From Pseudomonas aeruginosa PAO1 (lineage in GTDB: Bacteria; Pseudomonadota; Gammaproteobacteria; Pseudomonadales; Pseudomonadaceae), in assembly GCF_000006765.1 (NCBI RefSeq), contig NC_002516.2: a stretch of 64,000 nucleotides of DNA. The stretch is one strand, 5' to 3'. The position numbers and the translations under genes were made by a program. Below, piece after piece: positions 56,253 through 64,000 of the stretch. Numbering within the stretch: position 1 is the stretch's first letter; every line of letters begins with the position of its first letter. The notes under the pieces were generated by a model, which had not been told where the DNA came from, did not search any database, and worked only from the letters and a program-made list of their open reading frames with translations.

Positions 56253-56938
56253 GCCAGGCTCCGCGCTACGGCTTGCAGGAGAGGGCCTTCGTCGAGCAGG
56301 GTGATGCTCCGCTCGCGCCATTGCAGCACGCCGGCCACGTGCCGGCGCGAGGCCTGGCCGTCGGCGTGGTTGGGCGGCAGTATCCGCGCCAGCGGAATCG
56401 CATGGATGCCGTCGACTTCCTCCACCGGCGCCACCACCGGACCGCCGGCGGCGGAAATGATCAGCATGCGCGGAACCACCCGGCGCTCGCTGACCGGCGC
56501 GGCGCCGGGTTCGAGATCCAGCAGTTCGCCGAGGGAAAGGCAGGCGACCAGCGCGCCGCGCACGTTGGTCACCCCTTGCAGGGCGCGCGAGCGCTGGTGC
56601 GGCAGGGAATGGATAGGATTCATCGGCGCCACTTCCACCAGGCTGCCGGTGGCCAGGCCGAACCACTCTTCGCCCAGGCGGAACACCAGGATCGAACGCG
56701 TCTCGCCGAGGTCGCTCTGTTCGCGCTGGCTGTCCATCGTTTCGGCGCTGTCGAGCTGGTCCTGGCGCAGGGCGATGCGGTCCAGCAAGTAGGTCGCCGC
56801 GGCAGCGTAAACCTCGCAGTTGCGGCAATGGACATGCTCGGCCAGGCGTTCGCAGGACTTGTCGCCATGCACGCCGATGCGGTTCCAGCAGTCATCCACC
56901 TGTTGGGTATCGAGCAAGGTCAGGCTCGCCTCAACCAT
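56249..56938 (-). CDS. wspD: CheW-like protein WspD
   Basis: N-terminal DDCWNRIGVHGDKSC..L..HVHCRNC followed by a CheW domain. Confidence 0.94.
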   Translation of the reverse strand: MVEASLTLLDTQQVDDCWNRIGVHGDKSCERLAEHVHCRNCEVYAAAATYLLDRIALRQDQLDSAETMDSQREQSDLGETRSILVFRLGEEWFGLATGSLVEVAPMNPIHSLPHQRSRALQGVTNVRGALVACLSLGELLDLEPGAAPVSERRVVPRMLIISAAGGPVVAPVEEVDGIHAIPLARILPPNHADGQASRRHVAGVLQWRERSITLLDEGPLLQAVARSLA

Positions 56939-58199
56939 CTTTGTTCACTCCACGGGCCGCACGTTGCTGCAGGCGCCGGGCGCCGGCATGGTCGCCGCGA
57001 GCGGCGAGCAGCGCCGCCAGGTGCGCCAGCGCCTCGGCGTGCTGCGGCTCCAGGTACAGGGCCTTGCGGTAGAAATCCTGGGCTTCCTGCTCCTGCCCGG
57101 CGACATCGCTGAGCAGCCCGAGCCAGTAGAAGACCGTGGCCGACGGCCCACGCGCGGCCAGTTGGCGCTCGCAGGCGGCGCGCGCCTCGCGGTGCTGGCC
57201 GGCATCCGCCAGGCGGGCGATTTCGTCGAACTCGCCGACGGGACTGGCGAGGGGCTGGCCGCTGGCTGGTGGAACCAGGCTGGACAGCCGCTGGCGCGGT
57301 TTCGCCGGTGGCGGCGGCGAAGGCCGAATACTCGCACGCTCCACGGCGGCGGCAACCACCGGGCGCGCTCCGTCGCTCACCGCCTTGGGCCGCGCGCCGC
57401 GGGGCGCCTCGCTGGTCCGGCGGAACACGAAAGACAGCGGCACGCCGATCGGCTGCATGCCATGCTGGCTGAGCAGGCTCGCCTCGGCTGGTCCGATGAA
57501 CATCGCGCCGTCCGGCCGCAACAGGCGCTTGAGCACCTCGACCACCTCGCTCTGGGTCGGGCGGTCGAAATAGATCAGCAGGTTGCGACAGAACACGAAA
57601 TCGTAGGGTGCCTCGCCCGCCAGTAGCCCGGGATCGAGCAAATTGCCGCAGCGGAAGCGCACCTTGCGGCGAACCTGCTCGGCCAACTGGTAGCCCTCGG
57701 CAACCTCGCTGAAATGGCGGTCGCGAAACCCCAGTTCGTCGCCGCGGAAGGAATTCCTGCCGTACACCCCGAGGCTGGCGCGCTCGATCACCCGAGCGCT
57801 GACGTCGAGGGCGTCGACCTCGAACAGGTACTCGGAGAGCCCGGCATCGAGCAAGGCCATGACGATGGAATACGGCTCCTCGCCGGTGGAACAGGGCAGG
57901 CTGAGGATCCTTAGCGCGCGTCCGCCGCCCAGGCTCGGCAGGCGCTCGAAGGCCAGCCTGGCGAGGGTGGTGAACGACTCCGGGTAGCGGAAGAACCAGG
58001 TCTCCGGCACCACCACCGCTTCGATCAGCGCCTGCACCTCGCCCGGCGAGCCGTTCAGGCGCATCCAGTATTCGTCCTCGTCGTGCAGCGCGAGGCCGCT
58101 CATGCGCTGGCGTACCGCGCGCTCGATCACCGCGCTGCCCACCGAGCTGGCATCCAGGCCGATCCTGCTCTTGAGCAGGCGTTCGAAGCGATCGTTCAT
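56931..58199 (-). CDS. wspC: CheR-type methyltransferase WspC with TPR (422 aa)
   Basis: ETWFFR, PCSTGEEPYS and CRNLLIYF motifs; C-terminal TPR. Confidence 0.95.
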   Translation of the reverse strand: MNDRFERLLKSRIGLDASSVGSAVIERAVRQRMSGLALHDEDEYWMRLNGSPGEVQALIEAVVVPETWFFRYPESFTTLARLAFERLPSLGGGRALRILSLPCSTGEEPYSIVMALLDAGLSEYLFEVDALDVSARVIERASLGVYGRNSFRGDELGFRDRHFSEVAEGYQLAEQVRRKVRFRCGNLLDPGLLAGEAPYDFVFCRNLLIYFDRPTQSEVVEVLKRLLRPDGAMFIGPAEASLLSQHGMQPIGVPLSFVFRRTSEAPRGARPKAVSDGARPVVAAAVERASIRPSPPPPAKPRQRLSSLVPPASGQPLASPVGEFDEIARLADAGQHREARAACERQLAARGPSATVFYWLGLLSDVAGQEQEAQDFYRKALYLEPQHAEALAHLAALLAARGDHAGARRLQQRAARGVNKDG

Positions 58200-58711
58200 G
58201 CCGTCCCCTCGCCGCACTCCGGCGGGAACAGCAGGGCGCGCACTTCGTCGGGCAGCAATGCCTCGACCCGCACCCATTGCACCAGTCCCCGTGGTCCTTC
58301 ATAGACCGGACCGAGATAGCGGGCCCCGCCGTTGTCCAGGCCATAGTCGCGGAACGCCGACGGTTCGCAGCGCAGGGTATCGGTGGCCTGTTCGAGGATC
58401 AGTCCGAGCCAGACCGGCTCCCGGTCCTGGCGGGCGCGGTATTCGACCAGCACGATGCGCGTGCTGGTTCGGGCCAGCGCCGCGCGGCCGAAGGCCATTG
58501 CGCAGAGGTCGAGCACCGGGACCAGGACGCCGCGATGGGAGAACACCCCGGCGACCCATTCCGGCGCCTCCGGAATGCGCTTCAGGCGCAGCAGCGGCAG
58601 CACTTCGACCACTTCACGGGCATCCAGGGCATAGCGGTCGCCTTCCATGCGGAACAGCAGGAACAGCTTGCTGGTGCGTCGATGATCGCCGGTGGAGCGG
58701 GACACGGTCAC
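58196..58711 (-). CDS. wspB: CheW-like protein WspB
   Basis: CheW domain (YALDAREVVEVLP, GVFSHRGVLVPVLDL). Confidence 0.94.
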   Translation of the reverse strand: MTVSRSTGDHRRTSKLFLLFRMEGDRYALDAREVVEVLPLLRLKRIPEAPEWVAGVFSHRGVLVPVLDLCAMAFGRAALARTSTRIVLVEYRARQDREPVWLGLILEQATDTLRCEPSAFRDYGLDNGGARYLGPVYEGPRGLVQWVRVEALLPDEVRALLFPPECGEGTA

Positions 58712-58715
58712 AGCC

Positions 58716-60344
58716 TCAGACTTTGAAGCGGGATACGCCGTTGCGCAGCCCGTTCGCCACCAGGTTCAGCTCATCGATGGCGAAGCTGGCCTGGCGCAGC
58801 GACTCCACGGTCTGCCCGGTGGCCTCGCCCAGTTGCACCAGCGCCTGGTTGATCTGCTCGGCACCGGTAGCCTGGGCCTGCATACCCTCGTTGACCATCT
58901 GCACCCGCGGCGCCAGCGCCTGCACCTGCTGGATGATCTGCGACAGTTGCTCGCCGACCTGGCCGACCTCGGCGATACCGCGGCGGACCTCCTCGGAGAA
59001 CTTGTCCATGCCCATCACCCCGGCCGATACCGCCGACTGGATCTCGCGCACCATCTGCTCGATGTCGTAGGTGGCGACCGCGGTCTGGTCCGCCAGCCGG
59101 CGCACCTCGGTGGCCACCACGGCGAACCCGCGGCCGTACTCGCCGGCTTTCTCCGCCTCGATGGCGGCGTTCAGCGAGAGCAGGTTGGTCTGGTCGGCGA
59201 CCTTGACGATGGTGGTGACCACCTGGTTGATGTTGCCGGCCTTCTCGTTGAGGATCGCCAGCTTGGCGTTGACCAGGTCGGCCGCGCCCATCACGTGGTG
59301 CATGGTTTCCTCCATGCGCGCCAGGCCCAACTGGCCGGAACCGGCCAGGGTCGACGTCTGCTCGGCGGCGCCGGAGACTTCGCTCATGGTCCGCACCAGG
59401 TCGCGCGAGGTGGCGGCGATCTCGCGAGAAGTGGCGCCGATCTCCGTGGTGGTCGCGGCGGTTTCGGTGGCGGTGGCCTGCTGCTGCTTGGAGGTCGCGG
59501 CGATCTCGGTGACCGAGGTGGTGACCTGCACCGAAGAACGCTGGGCCTGCGACACCAGGCCCTTGAGCTCTTCGGCCATGCCGTTGAAACCGGTCTCGAT
59601 GGCGCCGAATTCGTCACGCCGGCCGAGGTTCAGGCGTGCGGTGAGGTCGCCACCGGCCATCAGGTCGAGGCTGCGGACGATCTTCTGGATCGGCTGGGTG
59701 ATCGCCCGCAACAGCAGGAAACCGCAGATGCCGGCTACCACCACCGCCAGCAGCAGGGTCACCAGCATGCTCAGTTCGGCATCGTCCACCGCGTTTACGA
59801 TGTTGTCCGAGGCGCGATCGGCGATGTCCTTGTTCAGCTCGATCATCTCGTTGAGGTACTTGCGGCCCTCGCGCCAGTGCTCGGTCAACGGGCCGGCGAC
59901 GAGCTTGCCGGCTTCCTCGAAGCGCTTCTCGCGGTAAAGCTCGAGCACCTTGTCGTGCTGCTCCAGGTAGTCCTTGCGCACGGCCTGGAAACCGGCGAGC
60001 AACTCGTGGTCGCGGGCCTCGTCCGGGTTCATGGTCTTCTGGTAGGAGGCGATCTGCTGGTCCAGGCGCTCCTCGCTGGCGAGGATACTGTCGGCCTCGG
60101 CCTTGCTCAGCTCGTGGTCGTCGGTGATGCCGAACAGTTCCTGGGTCTGCAAGTAGTTGTCGGTCCACGAACTGCGTACCAGCGTGATGAAGTACATCCC
60201 CGGCATGGCGTCGTCCTGGACACGGTAGGCGCCCTTTTCCACCGTCAACATCTTCACGTACGCAGTAGCGGCCATCAGCAGCATGATCGCGATGATCACG
60301 GCGAAACTTGCCAGGATTCGCTGGCGAACAGTCCAGTTCTTCAC
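58716..60344 (-). CDS. wspA: Methyl-accepting chemoreceptor WspA (542 aa, GTG start)
   Basis: Two TMs, HAMP domain and [27 protein letters not shown] signalling hairpin. Confidence 0.96.
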   Translation of the reverse strand: MKNWTVRQRILASFAVIIAIMLLMAATAYVKMLTVEKGAYRVQDDAMPGMYFITLVRSSWTDNYLQTQELFGITDDHELSKAEADSILASEERLDQQIASYQKTMNPDEARDHELLAGFQAVRKDYLEQHDKVLELYREKRFEEAGKLVAGPLTEHWREGRKYLNEMIELNKDIADRASDNIVNAVDDAELSMLVTLLLAVVVAGICGFLLLRAITQPIQKIVRSLDLMAGGDLTARLNLGRRDEFGAIETGFNGMAEELKGLVSQAQRSSVQVTTSVTEIAATSKQQQATATETAATTTEIGATSREIAATSRDLVRTMSEVSGAAEQTSTLAGSGQLGLARMEETMHHVMGAADLVNAKLAILNEKAGNINQVVTTIVKVADQTNLLSLNAAIEAEKAGEYGRGFAVVATEVRRLADQTAVATYDIEQMVREIQSAVSAGVMGMDKFSEEVRRGIAEVGQVGEQLSQIIQQVQALAPRVQMVNEGMQAQATGAEQINQALVQLGEATGQTVESLRQASFAIDELNLVANGLRNGVSRFKV

Positions 60345-60461
60345 ATTTTTCCCCAAGACTCGAGTCCGGATTCGTTCCTGCCGCCACAACGGCCCGTCAA
60401 TCGCGCGGACTGTATAGGCCGTCCCCGGCACCGGCAAGCAGCGCCATAGGGTTTTCCCGCT

Positions 60462-60468
60462 ATTGTAG
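60462..60468 (-). promoter_or_regulatory. Candidate -10 element for the wsp operon
   Basis: Minus strand CTACAAT about 120 nt upstream of wspA; no good -35. Confidence 0.3.
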
Positions 60469-60505
60469 GCGCTGGAAAGGCGTTTTTTGACGCCAGAAGT
60501 GTGGC

Positions 60506-60537
60506 AGAAAGAGAAAGAAAGAAAACTGGCAAGCCAG
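60506..60537 (-). terminator. Possible terminator after the MFS gene
   Basis: Minus strand CTGGC-TT-GCCAG followed by TTTTCTTTCTTTCTCTTTC; the stem is short. Confidence 0.4.
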
Positions 60538-60610
60538 ACTTTTCTGAGAAGACAGGCTCATCACGGAGGGAATGTGCGCCCCGTCCCCATGCCGGGAACG
60601 GGGCGCGATT

Positions 60611-62230
60611 TCACCGGTGGATGTCGGTATGGCGGGTTTCGCGGAGGAACAGCAAGGCGCAGACCAGGCTACCGCCGGTGATCAGCACCGGATACCAGAG
60701 GCCGTAGAAGATGTCGCCGGTGTACACCACCAGGGCGAACGAGACCGTGGGCAGGAAGCCGCCGAACCAGCCGTTGCCGATGTGGTACGGCAGGGACAGC
60801 GAGGAATAGCGGATGCGGGTCGGGAACAGTTCGACCATCAGCGCCGCCAGCGGGCCGTAGCAGAGGGTGGAGATCAGTACCAGAGCGAAGATGATGGCGA
60901 TCACCATCGGCTTGTTCACCTGGCTGCCGTCGGCCTGCTGCGGATAGCCTGCCGTCTTCACCGCGGCCGCCATCGCTTCGGCGTCGAAGCCGGCGATCTC
61001 GGTCTCGCCGATCCGCACCCTGACGTCGCTGCCGGCGGGCGCCGCCACCGTCGAGTAGGGCAGGCCGGCCTTGACCAGGAAGGTCTTGACCTTGTCGCAG
61101 GGGCTGTCGAAGGTCGCCTTGCCTACCGGGTCGAACTGGAAAGTGCAGGTCGCCGGGTCGGCCACCACGCTGATCGGCGACTGCCGGCTGGCCTGGTCGA
61201 TGGCCGGGTTAGCGTAGTGGGTCAGGCCCTTGAACAGCGGGAAGTAGAACAGCGTGGCGAGCAACAGGCCGGCCAGCAGCACCGGCTTGCGGCCGATGCG
61301 GTCGGACAGCCAGCCGGCGACGATGAAGAACGGCGCGCCAAGCACCAGGGCGACGATCAGCAGACCGTTGGCGGTGCCGCCATCGACCTTGAGCACCTGG
61401 GTAAGGAAGAACAGCACGTAGAACTGCGCCGTGTAGAAGGTCACCGCCTGGCCGGCATTGATGCTGAACAGCGCGGTCAGCACCACCTTCAGGTTGCCCC
61501 ACTGGGTGAAGGACTCGCGCAGCGGCGCCTTGCTGACCTTGCCCTCGGCCTTCATCTTGAGGAACGCTGGCGACTCGCGCATGGACAGGCGGATCCAGGT
61601 GGAGATGCCCAGCAGGACGATGGACAGCAGGAATGGCAGGCGCCAGCCCCAGGTCTCGAACTCGTCGCCGGTCAACTGGCGACAGGCCAGGATCACCAGC
61701 AGCGAGAGCAACAGGCCGAGGGTCGCGGTGGACTGGATCCAACTGGTGTAGCTACCGCGCTTGTTCGCCGGGGCGTGCTCGGCGACATAGATCGCCGCGC
61801 CGCCGTACTCGCCGCCCAGGGCCAGGCCCTGGAGCATGCGCAAGGTGACCAGGATGATCGGCGCGGCGACCCCGATCGAGGCATAGGTGGGCAGCAGGCC
61901 GACGGCGAAGGTCGACAACCCCATCAACAGGATGGTCACCAGGAAGGTGTACTTGCGCCCGATCATGTCGCCCAGGCGGCCGAACACCAGCGCGCCGAAG
62001 GGCCGCACCAGGAAGCCGGCGGCGAAGGCCATCAGGGCGAAGATGAAGGCCGTGGTGTCGTTGACGCCGGCGAAGAACTGCTTGCTGATCACCGCCGCCA
62101 GGGCGCCGTAGAGGAAGAAGTCGTACCACTCGAAGACCGTGCCCAGCGAGGAGGCGAAGATCACCTTGCGCTCCTCCTGGGGCGTGGTCGCAGGCACTGT
62201 GTAGGAAGGGGTCGTTGCGTACTCGGTCAT
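60611..62230 (-). CDS. MFS transporter, metabolite:H+ symporter family (539 aa)
   Basis: ASSLGTVFEWYDF, RPFGALVFGRLGDMIGRK and LALGGEYGGA motifs. Confidence 0.93.
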   Translation of the reverse strand: MTEYATTPSYTVPATTPQEERKVIFASSLGTVFEWYDFFLYGALAAVISKQFFAGVNDTTAFIFALMAFAAGFLVRPFGALVFGRLGDMIGRKYTFLVTILLMGLSTFAVGLLPTYASIGVAAPIILVTLRMLQGLALGGEYGGAAIYVAEHAPANKRGSYTSWIQSTATLGLLLSLLVILACRQLTGDEFETWGWRLPFLLSIVLLGISTWIRLSMRESPAFLKMKAEGKVSKAPLRESFTQWGNLKVVLTALFSINAGQAVTFYTAQFYVLFFLTQVLKVDGGTANGLLIVALVLGAPFFIVAGWLSDRIGRKPVLLAGLLLATLFYFPLFKGLTHYANPAIDQASRQSPISVVADPATCTFQFDPVGKATFDSPCDKVKTFLVKAGLPYSTVAAPAGSDVRVRIGETEIAGFDAEAMAAAVKTAGYPQQADGSQVNKPMVIAIIFALVLISTLCYGPLAALMVELFPTRIRYSSLSLPYHIGNGWFGGFLPTVSFALVVYTGDIFYGLWYPVLITGGSLVCALLFLRETRHTDIHR

Positions 62231-62338
62231 TGCGGCTCTCCCGCCCCTTGTGGGGGCTCTTATTGTTGTCTGCCATTTCCGTTTTCAGCGTCGACCGCTG
62301 CGGCGCCGGGCGCCACGCGATACGGGGTGTAGCGATCC

Positions 62339-64000
62339 TCAGGCCTCCACCGCCTCCTTGCCGCCGGCCGCCATGGCGCTTTCGACGACCTGCGGCGCGG
62401 CCTCGCGGCGGCGCTCGGCGAGAATCATCTGCGCCGCCTTCTCGGCGATCACCAGCACCGGCGAACAGGTGTTGCCGGAGGTCAGGCTGGGCATGATCGA
62501 GGCATCGGCGATGCGCAGGCCGGGGATTCCGTGCACCCTCAATTGCGCATCCACCACCGCTTGCGGCCCCTGGCCCATGCGGCAGGTGCCGGCAGGGTGG
62601 AAGATGGTGGTGCCGATCTCCGCCGCAGCGCGCTGCAGATCCTCTTCGCTGCGGTATTCCGGGCCGGGCTTGTATTCCTGCGGACGGAAGGCGGCCAGCG
62701 CCGGTGCGGCGGCGATGCGGCGGGTCAGGCGTATGGCGTCGGCGGCGACCTTCAGGTCGCGCGGATCGCTCAGGTAGTTGGGCTGGATCGACGGCGCCTC
62801 GCCCGGGTCGAGCGAGCGGATGCGCACCGTCCCCCGGCTGTGCGGGCGCAGGTCGCAGACCGACGCGGTGAACGCAGGGAAGGCATGCAGCGGCTCGCCG
62901 AAGCGATCCAGCGAGAGCGGCTGGACATGGTATTCGAGGTTGGCCGAGGGCTGCTGCGGATCGGAGCGGGCGAAGGCGCCCAGTTGGCTCGGCGCCATCG
63001 ACAACGGCCCGCTGCGGCTCGCCAGGTAGCGCAGGCCCATGCCCAGCTTGCCCCATAGGCTGCCGGCGATCTGGTTGAGGGTGGGAACGCCGTCGACCTT
63101 GTAGATCATGCGCAGCTGCAGGTGATCCTGGAGATTGCCACCGACCCCGGGCAACTCGTGGACGACCCCGGCGCCGAGCCGCTCCAGCAGGTCCCGCGGG
63201 CCGATCCCGGAGCGTTGCAGCAGGCACGGCGAACCGATCGCGCCGGCGCTCAGGACGATCTCGCGGCACGCCTCGAAGCGCTGCTCGCGGCCCTGCCAAC
63301 GGACCGACAGGGCCCTGGCGCGGCCGTCCTCGAGGAGCACTCGCTGGACTTCGGCATGGGTCAGAACCGTCAGGTTGGCGCGCTGGGCGATGCCGCGCAG
63401 GAAGCCTTTCGAGGCATTCCAGCGCACCCCGCCGCGCTGGTTGACCTGGAAGTAGCCGCAGCCTTCGTTGTCGCCACCGTTGAAATCCTCGACGCTGGCG
63501 ATGCCGGTCTGCGCCGCCGCCTGCTGGAAGGCATCGAGCAGCTTCCAGGAGAGCCGCTGGCGTTCTACCCGCCATTCGCCGCCGGCGCCGTGCATTTCGC
63601 TGGTCCCGGCGAAATGGTCCTCCATCCTGCGGAACAGCGGCAGCAGCTCTCTCCAGCTCCAGCCCGGATTGCCTTCGGCCACCCACTGGTCGTAGTCGCG
63701 GGCCTGGCCACGCATGTAGATCATGCCATTGATCGAGGAGCATCCTCCGAGCACCTTGCCGCGCGGGTACTTCAGGGAACGACCGTTGAGCCCGGGGACC
63801 TCGTCGGTGTCGAAGCACCAGTCGGTACGCGGGTTGCCGATGCAGTAGAGGTAGCCGACGGGAATGTGGATCCAGGGATAGTTGTCCGGGCCGCCGGCTT
63901 CCAGCAGCAGGACACGGTTGGCAGGGTCGGCGGAAAGCCGGTTGGCCAGCAGGCAGCCGGCAGGTCCGGCGCCAACGATGAGGTAGTCGTAGGTATCCAG
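62339..64000 (-). CDS. GMC-family FAD oxidoreductase (choline dehydrogenase-like); start lies beyond the window
   Basis: Frame reads from the edge LDTYDYLIVGAGPAGC...RGKVLGGCSSINGM...GGNLQDH...FHPAGTCRMG. Confidence 0.93.
   Translation of the reverse strand: MDTYDYLIVGAGPAGCLLANRLSADPANRVLLLEAGGPDNYPWIHIPVGYLYCIGNPRTDWCFDTDEVPGLNGRSLKYPRGKVLGGCSSINGMIYMRGQARDYDQWVAEGNPGWSWRELLPLFRRMEDHFAGTSEMHGAGGEWRVERQRLSWKLLDAFQQAAAQTGIASVEDFNGGDNEGCGYFQVNQRGGVRWNASKGFLRGIAQRANLTVLTHAEVQRVLLEDGRARALSVRWQGREQRFEACREIVLSAGAIGSPCLLQRSGIGPRDLLERLGAGVVHELPGVGGNLQDHLQLRMIYKVDGVPTLNQIAGSLWGKLGMGLRYLASRSGPLSMAPSQLGAFARSDPQQPSANLEYHVQPLSLDRFGEPLHAFPAFTASVCDLRPHSRGTVRIRSLDPGEAPSIQPNYLSDPRDLKVAADAIRLTRRIAAAPALAAFRPQEYKPGPEYRSEEDLQRAAAEIGTTIFHPAGTCRMGQGPQAVVDAQLRVHGIPGLRIADASIMPSLTSGNTCSPVLVIAEKAAQMILAERRREAAPQVVESAMAAGGKEAVEA

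Noticed and set aside
53943-56828. 961-aa WspE with an N-terminal extension
   Set aside because: The extension is an off-frame of wspD; the ATGA overlap at 56249-56252 marks the real start

Overview
High-GC window whose gene content and order match, from memory, the Pseudomonas aeruginosa core chromosome (roughly PAO1 PA3653-PA3710; locus tags are recalled, not looked up). It runs from a translation cluster (frr partial, pyrH, tsf, rpsB) through map-glnD-dapC, a CPA1 antiporter, ArsC-LysE-dapD-csdA-csdE, a GldA/F/G-like ABC operon, plsB, mexL-mexJK, an orphan cytochrome P450, rsmJ, tsaB, adk, ppc, cadR-cadA, a DUF4398 lipoprotein with lptF, a poorly characterised six-gene run, a TetR regulator, lysS, prfB (programmed +1 frameshift visible) and the complete wspABCDEFR operon, to an MFS transporter and a partial GMC oxidoreductase. 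I see no prophage, IS, integrase, CRISPR array, rRNA, tRNA or clear low-GC island, and no gene looks disrupted. I cannot point to a demonstrably new system. The best candidates for undescribed biology are the Gld-like ABC/DUF4340 operon, a P450 with a non-canonical I-helix, a QEGLA/DUF1704 gluzincin inside a translationally coupled operon ending in a macro domain, tandem NtrC-like boxes before glnD, and direct repeats in wspA that would template in-frame deletions.
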